A DNA stretch of 64,000 nucleotides. Source: Candidatus Moraniibacteriota bacterium (lineage in GTDB: Bacteria > Patescibacteriota > Minisyncoccia > Moranbacterales > UBA1568). Position numbers and translations under genes: made by a program. This document shows positions 1 to 10,255 of the stretch, piece by piece. Within the stretch, counting starts at the first letter, position 1, and every line of letters starts with the position of its first letter. The notes under the pieces are model-generated. The model had not been told where the DNA came from, searched no databases, and saw only the letters and a program-made list of their open reading frames with translations. Where the stretch lies: NCBI GenBank assembly GCA_013334575.1, contig JAAXXG010000001.1, positions 143,637-207,636 of the forward strand. The letters run 5' to 3'.

Positions 1-420
1 AATACTGGCATTATCCCTCAGGCGCCATTCCTTCCATTCCCACCAGTTACCCGATTCAATATCTTTTTCAAGCTGGTCCCTTCCCACCACGAGCGTCTTC
101 AGTACCGTTTCCAGACTCGGAAACGCAAGTGAAAATTGATAGGGAACCTCACCCAACCCGAAAGTCGACTTCCAGTCCCAGTTAACAGGAATCGACAGTG
201 CGCCCTCCTTCGTCCCGATGGGGTCATCGACAAACACCTCGAGTCCCAACGCCTCCGCGACTCCCAGCTCGTTGAACTTCGGATTCCCAGCATCATCCGT
301 CAGAATGCGCTCGATGATGACGCTCTGTGGGCAACCGGGTCTCGTGCCGAACACGATACCGTACGGATTTCCTGTCTTGAATTGAGCAGTAAATCCCAAT
401 CGAACATCTAAACCTCTCAT
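1..420 (-). CDS. Hypothetical protein, N-terminal 140 aa only; the gene runs off the window start
   Basis: Reverse-strand ATG at ~418-420 is preceded by a strong RBS (AAAGGAGGGAAA-ATG). The frame stays open to position 1 and translates MRGLDVRLGFTAQFKTGNPYGIVFG... with no family recognised. It is missing from the ORF track because it has no stop inside the window. Confidence 0.5.
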   Translation of the reverse strand, partial: MRGLDVRLGFTAQFKTGNPYGIVFGTRPGCPQSVIIERILTDDAGNPKFNELGVAEALGLEVFVDDPIGTKEGALSIPVNWDWKSTFGLGEVPYQFSLAFPSLETVLKTLVVGRDQLEKDIESGNWWEWKEWRLRDNASI

Positions 421-484
421 TTTCCCTCCTTTGGCCGCCAGTACGGACAATCTTTGTTCTGAATAGTTAAAATACACTGCGAAG

Positions 485-512
485 ATTATAACAGTATTCT
501 GGTATCTGTCAA
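485..512 (-). promoter_or_regulatory. Sigma70-like promoter for the partial gene at 1-420
   Basis: On the minus strand the sequence reads TTGACA (507-512), a 16-nt spacer, then TGT-TATAAT (485-490, extended -10). The transcription start would be near 478, giving a ~57-nt leader ending in the AGGAGG RBS. Confidence 0.45.
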
Positions 513-557
513 GAATTCTCGAATGAAAGCGACGATGGATATCTGAAACCGAACGGA

Positions 558-2108
558 CTATGCTCCTTCACTTTCAGTGCCCCACCGGAATACCAGCACG
601 TCGCCGCGGAGCAGCGGGTCGCTCTCGCGGACCATGTTCCGATACATGAAGTCCTCGGCCGCGCGGGACACGTAGTCCGTGTCATTGTCGGACATGACGA
701 CCCAGCCGGACGGATACTTCGCCATGAGGTTGGATAGTTCCTCTATGGAAAGTTTCGTTGTGGAAAGCTCGCCGCCGAAATCGTAGACCGGGAGACGCAT
801 TCCCGACCAGTAGTAATTGCGGAAATTTCGCGTCACGAGCGCGTCGCCCTCGATGGCATGCTTGCGGACATAGGCGAAGACTTTTCGATAGTTCGCCGTC
901 GATGCGGTATTCGTCCGATGATACGTATTGTTTTCCTGGAAGAAGTACTCCCACCGCGGAACGAAGACCGCGAGCGCGACGACTGCGGCACAGGCGGCGT
1001 ATTTCCATCTCGCCCCGAGGGATTCCTTCACGAATCGGACGACCTCGTAACCGCCGGCAGCGACCAGGATCATCAAAAACGGGAGTGCGAAGAAGATATA
1101 CTGCTCCCCTTCGTTGCGGCGCCAGAACCAGACCGCCATCACGAGCGGGACGAGGAACGAGACCGAGAGCCAGATCGCCTCACGCCCTTTTCCGGACCGC
1201 TTCGCGAGCGACCAGGCGCCGAGAACCGCAAGCGCGATGGCGAGCACCGGCTGCGTATAATCGCGGACCACGTACCCGAGGTATGAATAGTGATTGTCGA
1301 AAAAGACGAGCGTGCCGAGGGCATAGCGGACCTTTTCCGGAACGGCGACAAAGGCCACTGCCACTCCGAAAATGCCGAACGCGACGGTCACGCCGTATCT
1401 GTTCCGCACACCTTCCCCTTTTCGCCAGGCAAGAACCGCCATGACGAGAACATAGGCTCCGAACACCGGAACGATATTCGCCGTCAACTGGTGCGTCATC
1501 GCCGAGAGAACCCCGAACACAAGCATCGGGACGAGATAGGCGAGATTGAGTCCCGTCCGCTCCCGCACGGCACGCACCGGCCGCAGTTTCCCCTTGTATT
1601 CACGCTCATAAAACAGATAGAGCAGGGTCGAGAACGCGAGAAAGACCGGAAGGAACATCGAGTACATCCGCAACCGCCGATCGAACTCGAGTCCGGAAAC
1701 GGATACGGCGAACAGGAACGCCGCGAAGAGTCCCACCGTCCGCCGCCCGGAAAAAATCCATCCCGCCAGGAACACGAGCAGCACGGTCAGAACGCCCCAG
1801 ACGGCCGAAACGGTCCGTGCCGCCGCCTCTGTCGGCGGCAGGAACCGGAAGAGCTGCGCGACCTGCCACTTATAAACGCTCGCGCGTTCGTCGCGGGCAT
1901 CGTTCCCGTTCACGACCGCAGGCTTCCCGTCGTTGAAGTCCCACGCCTTCCACTCCCCTGTCTGGAAATATCCGTACGAGGAATTGATATCAAGGAACTC
2001 GTCCGCGACGAACGGATTGTTTCCGAGCCCCCAGAACCGGAGCACTGCCCCGAGAACGAGTATCGCGAAGAGCGCCTGATACTTCCCGTCCGTGAATATC
2101 CGTTTCAT
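558..2108 (-). CDS. GT-C fold membrane glycosyltransferase (ArnT/PMT_2-like, GT39/GT83)
   Basis: 516-aa polytopic membrane protein. The N-terminus has the RFWGLG...FVADEF...D motif typical of undecaprenyl/dolichyl-phosphate-sugar dependent GT-C transferases, with a soluble C-terminal domain. Confidence 0.75.
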   Translation of the reverse strand: MKRIFTDGKYQALFAILVLGAVLRFWGLGNNPFVADEFLDINSSYGYFQTGEWKAWDFNDGKPAVVNGNDARDERASVYKWQVAQLFRFLPPTEAAARTVSAVWGVLTVLLVFLAGWIFSGRRTVGLFAAFLFAVSVSGLEFDRRLRMYSMFLPVFLAFSTLLYLFYEREYKGKLRPVRAVRERTGLNLAYLVPMLVFGVLSAMTHQLTANIVPVFGAYVLVMAVLAWRKGEGVRNRYGVTVAFGIFGVAVAFVAVPEKVRYALGTLVFFDNHYSYLGYVVRDYTQPVLAIALAVLGAWSLAKRSGKGREAIWLSVSFLVPLVMAVWFWRRNEGEQYIFFALPFLMILVAAGGYEVVRFVKESLGARWKYAACAAVVALAVFVPRWEYFFQENNTYHRTNTASTANYRKVFAYVRKHAIEGDALVTRNFRNYYWSGMRLPVYDFGGELSTTKLSIEELSNLMAKYPSGWVVMSDNDTDYVSRAAEDFMYRNMVRESDPLLRGDVLVFRWGTESEGA

Positions 2109-2117
2109 AGGTTTCGG

Positions 2118-3923
2118 TTATCGGTCTTCTTCCCCGTCGGAATCGGCTTCATCATCCCACGACCCGGCATGACGCTGCCACCATCCGTTCCAGGTATATC
2201 GTTCGTTCGTCTTCGAGACCAGCGAATCGTTCGGTTTCGCATCGTCGTCGAAGACCTGCCGCTTCGCGGTGACCGCCTCCGTTTTCGGACGGAATTCTAT
2301 CATGATCAGCGTTCCGAATTCCCTCTTTCCGACAACGTCATAGGTCTTCAGATACTTCCTCATGCCGTCTTCGAGATCCGACTTCGAGCGGAGGATAAGG
2401 ACGTATATCCCTTCCTCGTAGGTTCCGGCAAGACCGAATACGTCGTTTCGGACACCGGAACGGTCCAGAAGGTATTTTATCGCACGACGATACTGAGGCT
2501 CGCTGTACATGTAAACGGGATATCCCGACTCGTCGGAACGGCTTTTCAGATATTTCACGATGTCGAGCTGCTGCGAGTACGTCACCCTGACCAACTCCTT
2601 AAGGATCCGGTCCGTCGGACTTTTCACGTTCTCGGTCGCTGCCCGCGAAAGCTGATCGAACCTGAGCGATAGGTACCAGAGATTCGAGACGGAAAACGTG
2701 ACGACAACGAGTGAAAACATGAGGAAAGATACCCGTTTCCAAGGCAGGATCCGCGTGGCTTCCTCATAGAGGAATCCGAGCAGCAAGAAGGGTATGGGAG
2801 CGGTCACAAGGAAAAAGCGCGGCGCGAAATCGTACGCGAGCGGCAAGAAGACCACGAACGGGACGAGAAACCAGATTCCCGAAAGGAGCAGCAAATCGGA
2901 TTTCCGCCGTTCCTTCTCACGCCACCAGAGACCGAGCAGGGAAGCGAGGCTCAGCAGCAGAAACGACAGGGAGCCCGCCCCGTACGGCCACCCCTTCTGA
3001 CACCGGGCATCACAGACGGCGTACGGACCGGATTCGCCTCGTCGGAAATCCGGAAAATCACCCCCTTCGTATCCGGTCGTCACGACCAGGTATCCCAGTC
3101 CGTATTCCGTCACGTCTTTCACGAGCTTCGCTCCGACCGAATGTGTCTCTTTTCCCGACTTCTCCGTTACTGCCGCCAAAAAGGCCTTTGAGTTCGCGGC
3201 TCCCGTCGCCACTTCGTTGAGGACGACCGGCACATACAAGACAAGCGCCACGAAGACGGCGGCGGCCCACGTCTTCCAGGAGAATCTAGGCCGCCTTATG
3301 ATCAGGAACACCACAAAAACAAGCGGGAGGGTCAGGAACGCGAGAAAATGGAGATGGGTCGAGAATCCGATCGAAAACGCCGCGAGTACGAACCATCCTC
3401 CGCGATGCCGTCCGTCCGGTTCGACGGATCGCAGAAGGGAATAGAATCCGAGCAGTGCGAAGAACGGGATCGGATTCGGATTCCAGGCGAACCGACCATA
3501 CATGACCAGAAACGCCGAGACGGAAAAGAGGAATGCGAGGAGAACGGATACCCGCGACGAGAAGTATCGCCGCGCGACGAGAAAGAAAAGGATGACGGAC
3601 GCAACGGAGAGGATCGGGATCACGGTCGCGACGCCGACCGGATCCTGCCCGAACAGGAGACCGCTCAGATACTCGAGGTAATAGAATCCGGGGCCCAGCC
3701 GAAGCGAGGTCCCGCCAGCCTTCATCCCGAGCAGGGTCAGCTCGCCGGGCCCTCCGACAAAGGCGTCGTCCACGACGCGCATGTCACGGGACTGATCGAG
3801 CTCGAAATGAAGCCAATCCGAAAAATGGTACAGACGAAGGAACGCGCCGAAAACAGTCACCAAAAAGAGGGCGAGAATCAACGCCTGCCGCCCTCCGAAA
3901 AAGGCTTTCTTTTCCCGGGTCAT
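2118..3923 (-). CDS. GT-C fold membrane glycosyltransferase paralog (ArnT/PMT-like)
   Basis: 601 aa with an N-terminal multi-TM region carrying 'HFELDQSRD' (DE/DxD-like loop-1 motif) and a C-terminal periplasmic-type domain. It lies 9 nt downstream of the 558-2108 stop, so the two are probably co-transcribed. Confidence 0.75.
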   Translation of the reverse strand: MTREKKAFFGGRQALILALFLVTVFGAFLRLYHFSDWLHFELDQSRDMRVVDDAFVGGPGELTLLGMKAGGTSLRLGPGFYYLEYLSGLLFGQDPVGVATVIPILSVASVILFFLVARRYFSSRVSVLLAFLFSVSAFLVMYGRFAWNPNPIPFFALLGFYSLLRSVEPDGRHRGGWFVLAAFSIGFSTHLHFLAFLTLPLVFVVFLIIRRPRFSWKTWAAAVFVALVLYVPVVLNEVATGAANSKAFLAAVTEKSGKETHSVGAKLVKDVTEYGLGYLVVTTGYEGGDFPDFRRGESGPYAVCDARCQKGWPYGAGSLSFLLLSLASLLGLWWREKERRKSDLLLLSGIWFLVPFVVFLPLAYDFAPRFFLVTAPIPFLLLGFLYEEATRILPWKRVSFLMFSLVVVTFSVSNLWYLSLRFDQLSRAATENVKSPTDRILKELVRVTYSQQLDIVKYLKSRSDESGYPVYMYSEPQYRRAIKYLLDRSGVRNDVFGLAGTYEEGIYVLILRSKSDLEDGMRKYLKTYDVVGKREFGTLIMIEFRPKTEAVTAKRQVFDDDAKPNDSLVSKTNERYTWNGWWQRHAGSWDDEADSDGEEDR

Positions 3924-3950
3924 CGTGATAGAGTGATGAGGATTCCGAAA

Positions 3951-3999
3951 GGCCGTTTTCGGCCGCCTGTCGGCTGAATTGTAGCCATTTTTCGAAAAA
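3951..3999. promoter_or_regulatory. Divergent-promoter region with a small hairpin (GGCCGttttCGGCC, 3951-3964) and a perfect 12-bp palindrome TTTTTCGAAAAA (3988-3999)
   Basis: An 88-nt spacer separates two divergently transcribed GT-C genes. The palindrome sits 12 nt upstream of the ATG at 4012. Seen directly in sequence. Confidence 0.25.
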
Positions 4000-4011
4000 C
4001 GAGCAACCGCT

Positions 4012-6279
4012 ATGACGCTATCGCAACGCGTTCCCGACCGAAAAACGACCGCCCTCGCCGTCGCTTCCCTTTTCTTCGCCGCGACCTCGTTCCTCTTCGT
4101 TCTCCGGTACTTCCCGGGAGTGCCCGCCCTCTCGTTCGCCGTCCCGAAAACCGCCTACCTGATCTCCCTTTCGGTTTCCGGACTTCTGCTGTTCGGCACG
4201 GTGTTTTTCTTTCACCCGTTCCGAAAAGTCGGCGAGTGGCTTCCCGCCCTGCTTCGATCGTTCGGTCTTCCGGCCATCTTCGCCGCTGTCGCATGGATCT
4301 CGAACGATGCGGTTCCCGACATCATAAGGATAGCCGTATCGTCCTACGGACTCGTCGCGATCCTCTGGTCCGTCCGTATACTCGCGAACCGCTACCGGGA
4401 AGATCTTCACGCTCCCCGGACGGACGAACCTTCCGTCGCCGGATGGATCCGAAAACAGGGGTGGAAACGCCTGCTTGCCGTCGCGGTCCTTTCCGCGGTC
4501 TTCTGCGTCACGGCGCTCCGCGATCTCGGACGGTTCGCGGCCGTCGACGAGGCACTCTGGCTCTACGGACGCATCCCGAAGTACTGGAACGCGCTCGGAT
4601 CGTTCGAGCCTTCCAAGACGAGCATCAGCGACAAGCCCGGCATCTCCGTCGCCCTGGCGACCGGCCCCTCGCTTCTGGCCGTTCCGGATCCCGTCGAATG
4701 GAAGGACTATCAGGGTGAGTCTCATGATATCGCCTGGTTCTTCTTCGTATTCCGGCTCCCGATCGTCGTTCTCGCGACCATTCTTCTTCCGCTCTTCTAT
4801 TACGTACTCGAGCGCCTCGTCCGGAAGACCGAGGCGATGTTCGCATTCGCGTTCATCGCGCTTTCCCCGGTGACCATAGGGATGACCAAGATCATCAACC
4901 CGGACTCCCTGCTGTGGATCTTCGTTCCGATGTCGCTCTTCTCGTACCTCGCCTACGTGAAACGTCGTCACGTCCGCTACCTCTTCCTCTCCGGGATCCT
5001 GCTCGGCCTCGCTCTCCTCACGAAGTACGTCGCGAATTTCCTCTTCGTCTTCGTGCTCGGGGCCATCTTCGTCGAATACGTCATTCGCAAAGAAGAAGAG
5101 CCGTTCCTTCCGTACCTGCGCCGTTCCCTCCTCGCCTATCTCGTCTGGACCGCGACCGCCCTCACGACGTTCTTCATCCTCTTCCCCGCAACCTGGGTAA
5201 AACCGAACAAGATACTCAACGCGACCATTTTCTCGCAGGCATTCGGAAACATAACCCCGCTCTTCATCGGACTGTTCGCCGTCATCCTCGCCGACACGCT
5301 CCTGAACCGCTCAAGGATCACCGAGACCGTCACCTCGTTCTTCCGGAACAGATCGTCGGCCGTCACGGCGTTCATAGGATTCCTCTTCGTCGCGCTCGTC
5401 GCCTTCGTCTGCATGGATGTCCTGCTCGGCATGCGTCCGTTCGACTTCATGGAGATCCTCGCGTCGCCGAAGACATCCTTCCATGCGGATAGCATCACGA
5501 GCTCCTACGTCTCGAACGCGTATCCGCTCGTTTTCGGCATCACGCCGACGGTCTTTCTCCTCCTGCTCGCCGCACCGTTCGTCTCGTCCCGGAAACGCCA
5601 CCGGGGATCGTCCGCGCAGAAAACGGTAGTCCTCGGATTCCTCTTCATACTCCTCTACTACCTCGGAACGACCCTGAACGAAGTCGCCGCCATCACCCGT
5701 TATCAGATCGTCCTCTATCCGGTTGCCGCCTCGATCGCCGGAATCACCCTCGGGCTCATCATCAAGGATCTCAAGGACGCGCTCCCGGAACGGCTTATGC
5801 GTTTCCGGGCGGCCGTCTTCGCCGGATTCCTCGTCATCGTCACCGTCTCCGGAATCTACTCGCTCGTCCGGACACCGTTCCCGCTCAGCTATGCTTCCTC
5901 GTTCCTTCCGCAGCCGTACAGCCTCGACGTAAAGGATATGGGTCCCGGAAGCTACCTTGCCGCGCAATACCTCAATTCCCTCCCCGACTCGTACAAGACC
6001 ACCATCTGGAGCGATAAGGACGGGGTCTGCAAGTTCTACGCCGGATTCTGCAAATCGGGGTTCTCCTGGGACGCGTACGAGCATGCCGACTTCTCCTATG
6101 TCGTCGTTTCCTCCGGTCGGGAAAGCCGCACCGTAAAGCGAGTGAATACCGCCCTCAGCGGACTGCGGCAGAACACCATCAGGTTCGACGAATACTACGG
6201 AAAGGCGGACCCTATCTGGGAACTCTACATCAACGGACGCCAGTCCCACTATGTCAGGATCTACCGGTTCGAACGCTGA
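4012..6279 (+). CDS. Large GT-C-like membrane glycosyltransferase (PMT_2 family-like), paralog of 6251-8143
   Basis: 755 aa and highly hydrophobic. It carries 'DEALWLYGRIP...DKPGISVALATGP' and C-terminal 'DGVCKFYAGFC', both mirrored in the next ORF (DEHYWVEERI...DKPGVSLALVSGP...YGVCEFFRGNC). Confidence 0.7.
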   Translation: MTLSQRVPDRKTTALAVASLFFAATSFLFVLRYFPGVPALSFAVPKTAYLISLSVSGLLLFGTVFFFHPFRKVGEWLPALLRSFGLPAIFAAVAWISNDAVPDIIRIAVSSYGLVAILWSVRILANRYREDLHAPRTDEPSVAGWIRKQGWKRLLAVAVLSAVFCVTALRDLGRFAAVDEALWLYGRIPKYWNALGSFEPSKTSISDKPGISVALATGPSLLAVPDPVEWKDYQGESHDIAWFFFVFRLPIVVLATILLPLFYYVLERLVRKTEAMFAFAFIALSPVTIGMTKIINPDSLLWIFVPMSLFSYLAYVKRRHVRYLFLSGILLGLALLTKYVANFLFVFVLGAIFVEYVIRKEEEPFLPYLRRSLLAYLVWTATALTTFFILFPATWVKPNKILNATIFSQAFGNITPLFIGLFAVILADTLLNRSRITETVTSFFRNRSSAVTAFIGFLFVALVAFVCMDVLLGMRPFDFMEILASPKTSFHADSITSSYVSNAYPLVFGITPTVFLLLLAAPFVSSRKRHRGSSAQKTVVLGFLFILLYYLGTTLNEVAAITRYQIVLYPVAASIAGITLGLIIKDLKDALPERLMRFRAAVFAGFLVIVTVSGIYSLVRTPFPLSYASSFLPQPYSLDVKDMGPGSYLAAQYLNSLPDSYKTTIWSDKDGVCKFYAGFCKSGFSWDAYEHADFSYVVVSSGRESRTVKRVNTALSGLRQNTIRFDEYYGKADPIWELYINGRQSHYVRIYRFER

Positions 6280-8143
6280 TCGGCCTATGACCTTCCCGCC
6301 CGTCTCCGATCGCGTCAGGACGGCGATACTCGCCTGTATGATCGCACTCTCGCACCTGGGCCTTGGGCTTCCGCATATCGGGTCCTTCCTGACGGCGGAC
6401 GAACACTACTGGGTCGAGGAACGGATACGGAACTATTTCGACGCCTGGACGGACCACCGATGGAAGAAAACGCTCATAAATGACAAGCCCGGCGTCTCGC
6501 TCGCGCTTGTCTCCGGACCGGTGCTCCTTTTTCATTCCGGGAACGCACTCGATTGCCGCATCGACGAAGGCCGTACCACCGGCTGCGACCCGGATACGAC
6601 TTCCCGGCTTTACGCCTCGTTCCGGATCCCGATTCTCGTCGCGAACGCCTTGCTGCTCGTCGCGATATTCTTCGCGATCCGCGCCTTCGCGGGAACGGCC
6701 GTCGCCTTCACGGCGGCGATGCTTTCTGCCGTCTCCCCGCACCTCGTCGGCATGTCGCAGATCGTCAATCCCGATTCCCTGCTCTGGTCTTCCGGATCAC
6801 TCGCGATCTTCGCGATGACCGCGTATCTGACGACCCTCAGGAAGCGACATCTCGTAGCGGCGACTCTCTCGTTATCGCTCGCGCTTCTCTCGAAATACGT
6901 CGCGCTCGTCATCGTTCTTTTTCTCCCGATACTGCTCCTCGGAATCCATCTGTCCGACGAAGATCCCGGAAGAACCGCCCGACGGTTCCCGAGACTCCTC
7001 GGAACGGTTCTCGCCTCGTCCGCCCCTCTCGCGATATTCGTCCTTGCGGCTCCGGGAGTCCTCTCGTCCGGCGAGCGCATCGTCGCATTCCTCTCCGCCG
7101 ATACCGGAAACATCCTGCTTCCCTGGAGCGTCTTCGCGACACTCCTTGCCGCCGCGGCCGCGATCATGTTCGCACGAATCCCCAAACGCGTCATCGAAGG
7201 AATCGGATTTGCGCTCCGCTGGCTATTGGCGGCAACAGGAATCATCCTCGTTATATCCGTCATGACACTCATGGTCGCCCGATTGGTCGATCCGACCTGG
7301 GACGACGAGATCTTTCGTCGCATTCCGTTCGACCTCAAGGATATCTCCGACGCAAGATACTATACGGACCGGCGCCTATCCCCGACAGACATCGCGGCCA
7401 TGGAGCTCTCACCGTTCGCCTACTCGCTTCCGGTCGCCGTGCTGATTCTCGGTACAGCCGCCCTGTTTAACCGTTCCTTGCGGGTCATACGTGACAGAAC
7501 GTCCGTCATTCCCCTTCTCATGGCACTCTTCATCGCGATAGAACTGGCCGCCTTCGCCGGATCAGGCATACAGGCCACTCCGCGATACCTCCTCCTGACC
7601 CTTCCCATATTCATTTACCTCGCCGCCGACGCGTCCGTCCGGATCGGAAGAACGCTGCACGGCCATCTTCCGGTACGACCGCGTTCCTTCACTCTCCCGG
7701 CTATCGTCGCACTTTCCGTCTTCGCCTCCGTTTCCGAGTCCGGAATCAACGCTCCGTTCCACGCGAATTTCGCCAACGCGCTCCTCCCGAAGGATGACCT
7801 TACGACCCACTCGTGGGGCTATGGCGGGTACGAGGCCGCACGGCACATCAACTCGCTTCCCGGCGCGGAACACCTCACGGTCTGGAGCGACTATTACGGG
7901 GTATGCGAGTTCTTCCGCGGAAACTGTCTCACGAACTACACCTTCGACCCCGAAACGACCAAGCCAGACTTGTACGTTCTGACACGCCGCGGCAGAATCC
8001 GGTACCTGTCGAGATACGACGATTGGGAACGGAAATCCGGACTGACCGCCTATCGGCATTACGATGACCCGAACCCCGCCTGGGAACTCGATATCGCCGG
8101 AAAGAAAGATAATTTCATCAAGGTTATCCGTTTGGATCAATAG
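6251..8143 (+). CDS. GT-C-like membrane glycosyltransferase paralog (tandem duplicate of 4012-6279)
   Basis: 630 aa with the same motif architecture as the upstream paralog. The ATG at 6251 overlaps the upstream gene by 29 nt. An alternative in-frame ATG at 6287 lies 7 nt after the upstream stop. Neither has a clear SD. Confidence 0.7.
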   Translation: MSGSTGSNADRPMTFPPVSDRVRTAILACMIALSHLGLGLPHIGSFLTADEHYWVEERIRNYFDAWTDHRWKKTLINDKPGVSLALVSGPVLLFHSGNALDCRIDEGRTTGCDPDTTSRLYASFRIPILVANALLLVAIFFAIRAFAGTAVAFTAAMLSAVSPHLVGMSQIVNPDSLLWSSGSLAIFAMTAYLTTLRKRHLVAATLSLSLALLSKYVALVIVLFLPILLLGIHLSDEDPGRTARRFPRLLGTVLASSAPLAIFVLAAPGVLSSGERIVAFLSADTGNILLPWSVFATLLAAAAAIMFARIPKRVIEGIGFALRWLLAATGIILVISVMTLMVARLVDPTWDDEIFRRIPFDLKDISDARYYTDRRLSPTDIAAMELSPFAYSLPVAVLILGTAALFNRSLRVIRDRTSVIPLLMALFIAIELAAFAGSGIQATPRYLLLTLPIFIYLAADASVRIGRTLHGHLPVRPRSFTLPAIVALSVFASVSESGINAPFHANFANALLPKDDLTTHSWGYGGYEAARHINSLPGAEHLTVWSDYYGVCEFFRGNCLTNYTFDPETTKPDLYVLTRRGRIRYLSRYDDWERKSGLTAYRHYDDPNPAWELDIAGKKDNFIKVIRLDQ

Positions 8144-8145
8144 AT

Positions 8146-9189
8146 ATGAAAGACAAAGAGCCTCGTAAAACGAGTCGGCAGTCGGTAACACGCGCTCCGA
8201 TCATCGTCATCGCCGGAGTCGTGCTCGTATCGCTTGCGTACTTCGCCTCGCGATACCTCCCCGTATCGGAAGCGCCGTCGTCTTCGACGGAGGAACCGCC
8301 TCTGCAGCTTCCCTCCGAATTCCGCATCGGCATAATCACCGACGTCCACGGACAGACCGGAAAGCAGTATTCCTTCCGGTTCATGGACCCGGACAAGGTC
8401 ATGCGCCCGCTCTACCGGTTCGAAGGATACATGCAGGACGTCTTCCGTCCGAACGTCATCGTACAGGACGGAGACCTCATCGAAGGATCGAACCGCCTCG
8501 GCGATAAGTCGGTTGCGGATTTCTCCTTCCTTCGCGACGAGCTGGACCGCTCCGCCGGCGCCCCGGTCCTCCACGTCATCGGCAATCATGATCGCCGCGG
8601 GTTCCACGACGATACGATCTGGAAATCGCTTACCGGAAACGATTCGACCTTCTATTTCCGCGACTACGACGATGTCCGCATCGTCATCCTCGATTACGAT
8701 GACGCGGACCGGAACGCGGACCTCGCCGACGATTCCGAGGGAAGCGTGTCATCGGGCGCGAAGTATACGATCTCCGAAAACCAACTCGACTGGCTCAAAC
8801 GGACACTCGAAGACGCGGGCCGACGCCGAATCGTCGTCTTCACGCACGTTCCGATCAACGAGAACGCGATCCTTCCCGGTAACCTCGTCAATCCTCCCGG
8901 CGAACGACAACGGCTCCGGGACCTTTTCGCGACTTACGGCGTCAAAGCGGTCGTTTCCGGCCACGCCGAGATATTCCGCTTCGAGGAAGACCGAGGTGTC
9001 AGATACTTCGCGCTTCCCGGATTCCATCGGAGCGAGGCGAAGAGCAAGCCTGAAAAATGGTACGGGACCTACTCCGCGCTGACGGTCGCGGACCGGGCAG
9101 AAATGTTGGTCCGATACGAAAAGGAATTCGGCGGAGCGTACGATGAGGTCCGGGTACCGTCGGAAGCGTTCGACGCACTTCCAAAGTAA
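8146..9189 (+). CDS. Calcineurin-like metallophosphoesterase
   Basis: Shows the 'GIITDVHG', 'GNHD' and 'GHAE' metallophosphatase signature blocks plus an N-terminal TM/signal segment. It starts 3 nt after the stop of the preceding GT-C gene. Confidence 0.8.
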   Translation: MKDKEPRKTSRQSVTRAPIIVIAGVVLVSLAYFASRYLPVSEAPSSSTEEPPLQLPSEFRIGIITDVHGQTGKQYSFRFMDPDKVMRPLYRFEGYMQDVFRPNVIVQDGDLIEGSNRLGDKSVADFSFLRDELDRSAGAPVLHVIGNHDRRGFHDDTIWKSLTGNDSTFYFRDYDDVRIVILDYDDADRNADLADDSEGSVSSGAKYTISENQLDWLKRTLEDAGRRRIVVFTHVPINENAILPGNLVNPPGERQRLRDLFATYGVKAVVSGHAEIFRFEEDRGVRYFALPGFHRSEAKSKPEKWYGTYSALTVADRAEMLVRYEKEFGGAYDEVRVPSEAFDALPK

Positions 9190-9201
9190 TCTCCTTCCAT
9201 C

Positions 9202-10152
9202 CTATCCGATATCGTATTCCCGCTTCTCCCGGAAGAACGCAGGGGCTCCCGCGAGGCTGACAGCGACCTGGAGGAACCGCCCCAGGAGCGCGACGGCGAG
9301 TGCCGCCTCCGGACGGACGCCGATAAGCGGGAAGAACGTATAATAGGCCCATTCCTTGAGACCGATGTTATTGATGGACACCGGCAGACTGGACACGAGA
9401 CTGATCAGGAAGACGACCGCAAGATATGGCAGGACCGGGACATGCACGCCGAGCGCATAGAAGAGCATCAGATTGAAGAACCCGACCCCGACCAAGGCGA
9501 ACACGACTGAAAGGATGAAGTTCTCCCGCAGGAACGACCATTTCGCATATCCGCCGACCTCGCCGAAGAATCGCTTCAACTTCCCGGGAATCCGCTCGAG
9601 GAGACCCCGGAAGCGCGGGTGCGCGTAGAGAGAGATGAGTGCGGCGTCGAATACGAGGAAGGCGACGAGCGCGGCGGCGAACCCCGCGAACAGCGGCTGG
9701 GAGAAGATCTGCCGGAATCCGAGCGTTCCGACGACGAGATACAGCGCGATGGTCGCCCAGAGCCCGATAAAGCGGGTGAACATGACGGTCGATATCGCCG
9801 CGGCGTACCGTTGTTCGGTCTTGCCGAGGATATAGCTCTGATACGCGTCCCCGCCGAAGAACGACGGCAGGAAATTGTTCAGGAAAAGCCCCGCGAAATA
9901 GAATTCCGTCGCCGACCGGAAGCTCATGCGGAATTTCTTGTACTGCGCGGCGCGCCACCACCGCTCGATGCACATGAACAGTCCGGCGACATACAGGACG
10001 AGCGCCCCCGCGAGGAACGGGAGCGATGCGGAGCGGACCTCGTCCCATATCTTCTGCCAGTCCACCTTGGCGACAAGCAGTCCGACCAACACTGCGGCCA
10101 TCGTCGACTTCAGCACGAATAAAATCTTTTTCCTGAGAGGCTTCTTTTCCAT
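9202..10152 (-). CDS. Lysylphosphatidylglycerol-synthase-TM-like (flippase-like, UPF0104) membrane protein
   Basis: 316-aa polytopic membrane protein with an N-terminus 'KKILFVLKSTMAAVLVGLLV...DWQKIW' typical of the LPG_synthase_TM / flippase-like family that often accompanies glycosyltransferases. Confidence 0.6.
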   Translation of the reverse strand: MEKKPLRKKILFVLKSTMAAVLVGLLVAKVDWQKIWDEVRSASLPFLAGALVLYVAGLFMCIERWWRAAQYKKFRMSFRSATEFYFAGLFLNNFLPSFFGGDAYQSYILGKTEQRYAAAISTVMFTRFIGLWATIALYLVVGTLGFRQIFSQPLFAGFAAALVAFLVFDAALISLYAHPRFRGLLERIPGKLKRFFGEVGGYAKWSFLRENFILSVVFALVGVGFFNLMLFYALGVHVPVLPYLAVVFLISLVSSLPVSINNIGLKEWAYYTFFPLIGVRPEAALAVALLGRFLQVAVSLAGAPAFFREKREYDIG

Positions 10153-10255
10153 GGCTTTGCCGGGTGAGTGCCCCGGTGTTACGATATCTTCACGGTGTAT
10201 GGTAGCAGGAAGTACGGTAATCAGGAAAATATAACCCCCTAACCTCGGAAAACAT

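Noticed and set aside
1290-2672. 460-aa ORF on the plus strand
   Set aside because: It lies antisense across two GT-C membrane protein genes and translates to an Arg/Pro/Glu-rich low-complexity product with no start context. High-GC antisense artefact.
4018-6249. Long minus-strand ORFs 4018-4971 (317 aa) and 5311-6249 (312 aa)
   Set aside because: Both are antisense to the 755-aa GT-C paralog. Their charged repetitive (RE/RD-rich) translations are typical of GC-rich antisense frames.
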